A stretch of DNA of 9,505 bases, taken from assembly GCA_965644295.1 (NCBI GenBank), contig CBFFRP010000082.1:1-9505 (forward strand). Direction: 5' to 3'. The position numbers were made by a program, and so were the translations under genes. The notes below the pieces were generated by a model. The model saw only the letters and a list, made by a program, of their open reading frames with translations, ran no database searches and was not told the DNA's origin. Each line of letters begins with the position of its first letter. Within the stretch, counting starts at the first letter, position 1. Source of the stretch: Paraphysomonas bandaiensis (taxonomy: Eukaryota; Protista; Chrysophyceae). This document shows positions 8,167 to 9,505 of the stretch, in pieces.

Positions 8167-8737
8167 TTATATGATTCGTATCTTAATTATTCGAGTCTTT
8201 ACTCTTCTTATACTTTTATTTTGTGATGATACGCAATGATAATCTCACACCATGCCGTGCATACCATATATATGTACCCCCCCACATGGTCATACCACAG
8301 GACTGCTTGTATACAGAGCAATGCGGCTCACTGCAGTGTATGTATACTGGTGGGTATTCTTTGTATTTTGGTAGAGCTGTATCTTGCATACAGAGAAGTG
8401 TACTTCACATAGAATGTTGTACCATACAATCAACAGCAAGGGCGGTATCCAGGAGATGATTGGCTAACTAAAAATGAAGTAAGGCAGTGAGGAGGTTATG
8501 AGGGATTTGATCGTCGTTCGAAGTGAGGTGATCTGGTAGTATGATTATTTTCTTAGGTTAGAATACCAGTGTGTCAATGAATGGATATAAACAGTATTCA
8601 ATGGAACATGTTATGTAGAGAAACCATCTGAATCTATTTCATACTCATGCTCTGGTAATCATCAGATGAATGGGTGTGATGGTATCGATATCTTGATTGA
8701 AGCTCATTGTCCCATAGACTAAGATACAGATCTAGTC

Positions 8738-9505
8738 ATGGATAATATATTTCGACGGATCAAAACGCGATTACGGAATCGGGTGGAGTCGCTGTCTGGA
8801 AAAATCAAAATCGTTCCATACCTGACGGAGATTGATGTCACTAGTCCAGCAGTAAAATCCCACAGCAGTCGTAATAATGAGAATTATGTTACTTCATTCG
8901 AAGATGTAAATAGATGTGACGAGGAGAATACAGATCACAATGAAATATTGTTTGTTTCGTCACTAGGCATTGAAGCCACAATCCGCAAGCCTGTCTTCCA
9001 ATCTCCAGGTCTTTGCGACATTCACCCAACGTTAGTTGCACATTATAGATTTTCTCGAAATGTGTATTCCGGTCCTTTTCCGGATTTATTGGATTTTCTC
9101 AATGTACGGAACATAGAAAGTAGCGAGTTAAAACAATTTTATCCTGTTCTGAAGATTGTGGATCAGTTGAATCGTCTTCTTCACGGCATATATCGCATAC
9201 AGGAACAATCTCTGAAGCGGATATCGTTGTCATTGTGTAGAGATATTGGTGCTGTTCTTGTAAGTTCACTTGTTGAATATTGGGCTTGATAGTAGTTGAC
9301 ACCGCTGTATTGTAGGATATGACATTGGAAGGATTTTTAATCGTGTTTAGGAAGATACCTCTTGAAACGGCCTTTGTCAGTGACATAGGTAAGTTGCTTG
9401 GAACTGTGGAGATCATTTTGCCACATATAGATTTTTATGAGGCCCAAACCAGAGTTGTGTGGTGCCAGACCTGCACAAAGGCATCACAGTTGCTTCAGTG
9501 CGCAC
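8738..9505 (+). CDS. Spliced hypothetical protein, runs off the window end
   Basis: Exons 8738-9259, 9316-9388 and 9431->9505, joined by GTAAGT…TAG introns of 56 and 42 nt, keep the frame open (…DIGAVL/DMTLEGFLIVFRKIPLETAFVSDI/DFYEAQTRVVWCQTC…). No domain recognised; the true start is uncertain. Confidence 0.68.

Noticed and set aside
8588-8722. Alternative genetic code (TAA read as an amino acid)
   Set aside because: The ATPase and PH genes end at TAA and the HhH gene at TAG in plausible positions, and none has internal stops.
8223-9416. ORFs 8223-8459 (+) and 9099-9416 (-)
   Set aside because: The first starts at a GTG and has no motif; the second is antisense to the spliced plus-strand gene.

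Overview
A compact eukaryotic (probably protist) genomic window, judged from several genes with short GT-AG introns of 42-106 nt; the taxon cannot be fixed from the sequence alone. Left to right: (1) about 640 bp of very AT-rich, repeat- and hairpin-laden DNA that cuts off (2) a minus-strand Ty1/copia LTR retrotransposon. The element has a candidate 130-bp 5' LTR (2546-2675), a tRNA primer-binding site inside the gag reading frame, gag with two Zn knuckles, a D-T-C protease motif, and an integrase truncated after its first catalytic Asp. (3) An intronless ABC-class ATPase of the COG3044/MRB1590 type with an RG/RD-rich N-terminus. (4) A pure ~63-copy (TACA)n microsatellite between divergent genes. 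(5) A 5-exon gene for a ~271-aa TPR/MIT-like + helix-hairpin-helix protein resembling a kinesin-10/KIF22 tail with no motor. (6) A 5-exon AtPH1-like PH-domain gene. (7) The 5' part of a spliced gene of unknown function. The best novelty candidates are the unidentified element end nested in the copia integrase, the motor-less KIF22-like tail and the MRB1590-like ATPase. Family assignments come from motif recognition by eye, not database searches.
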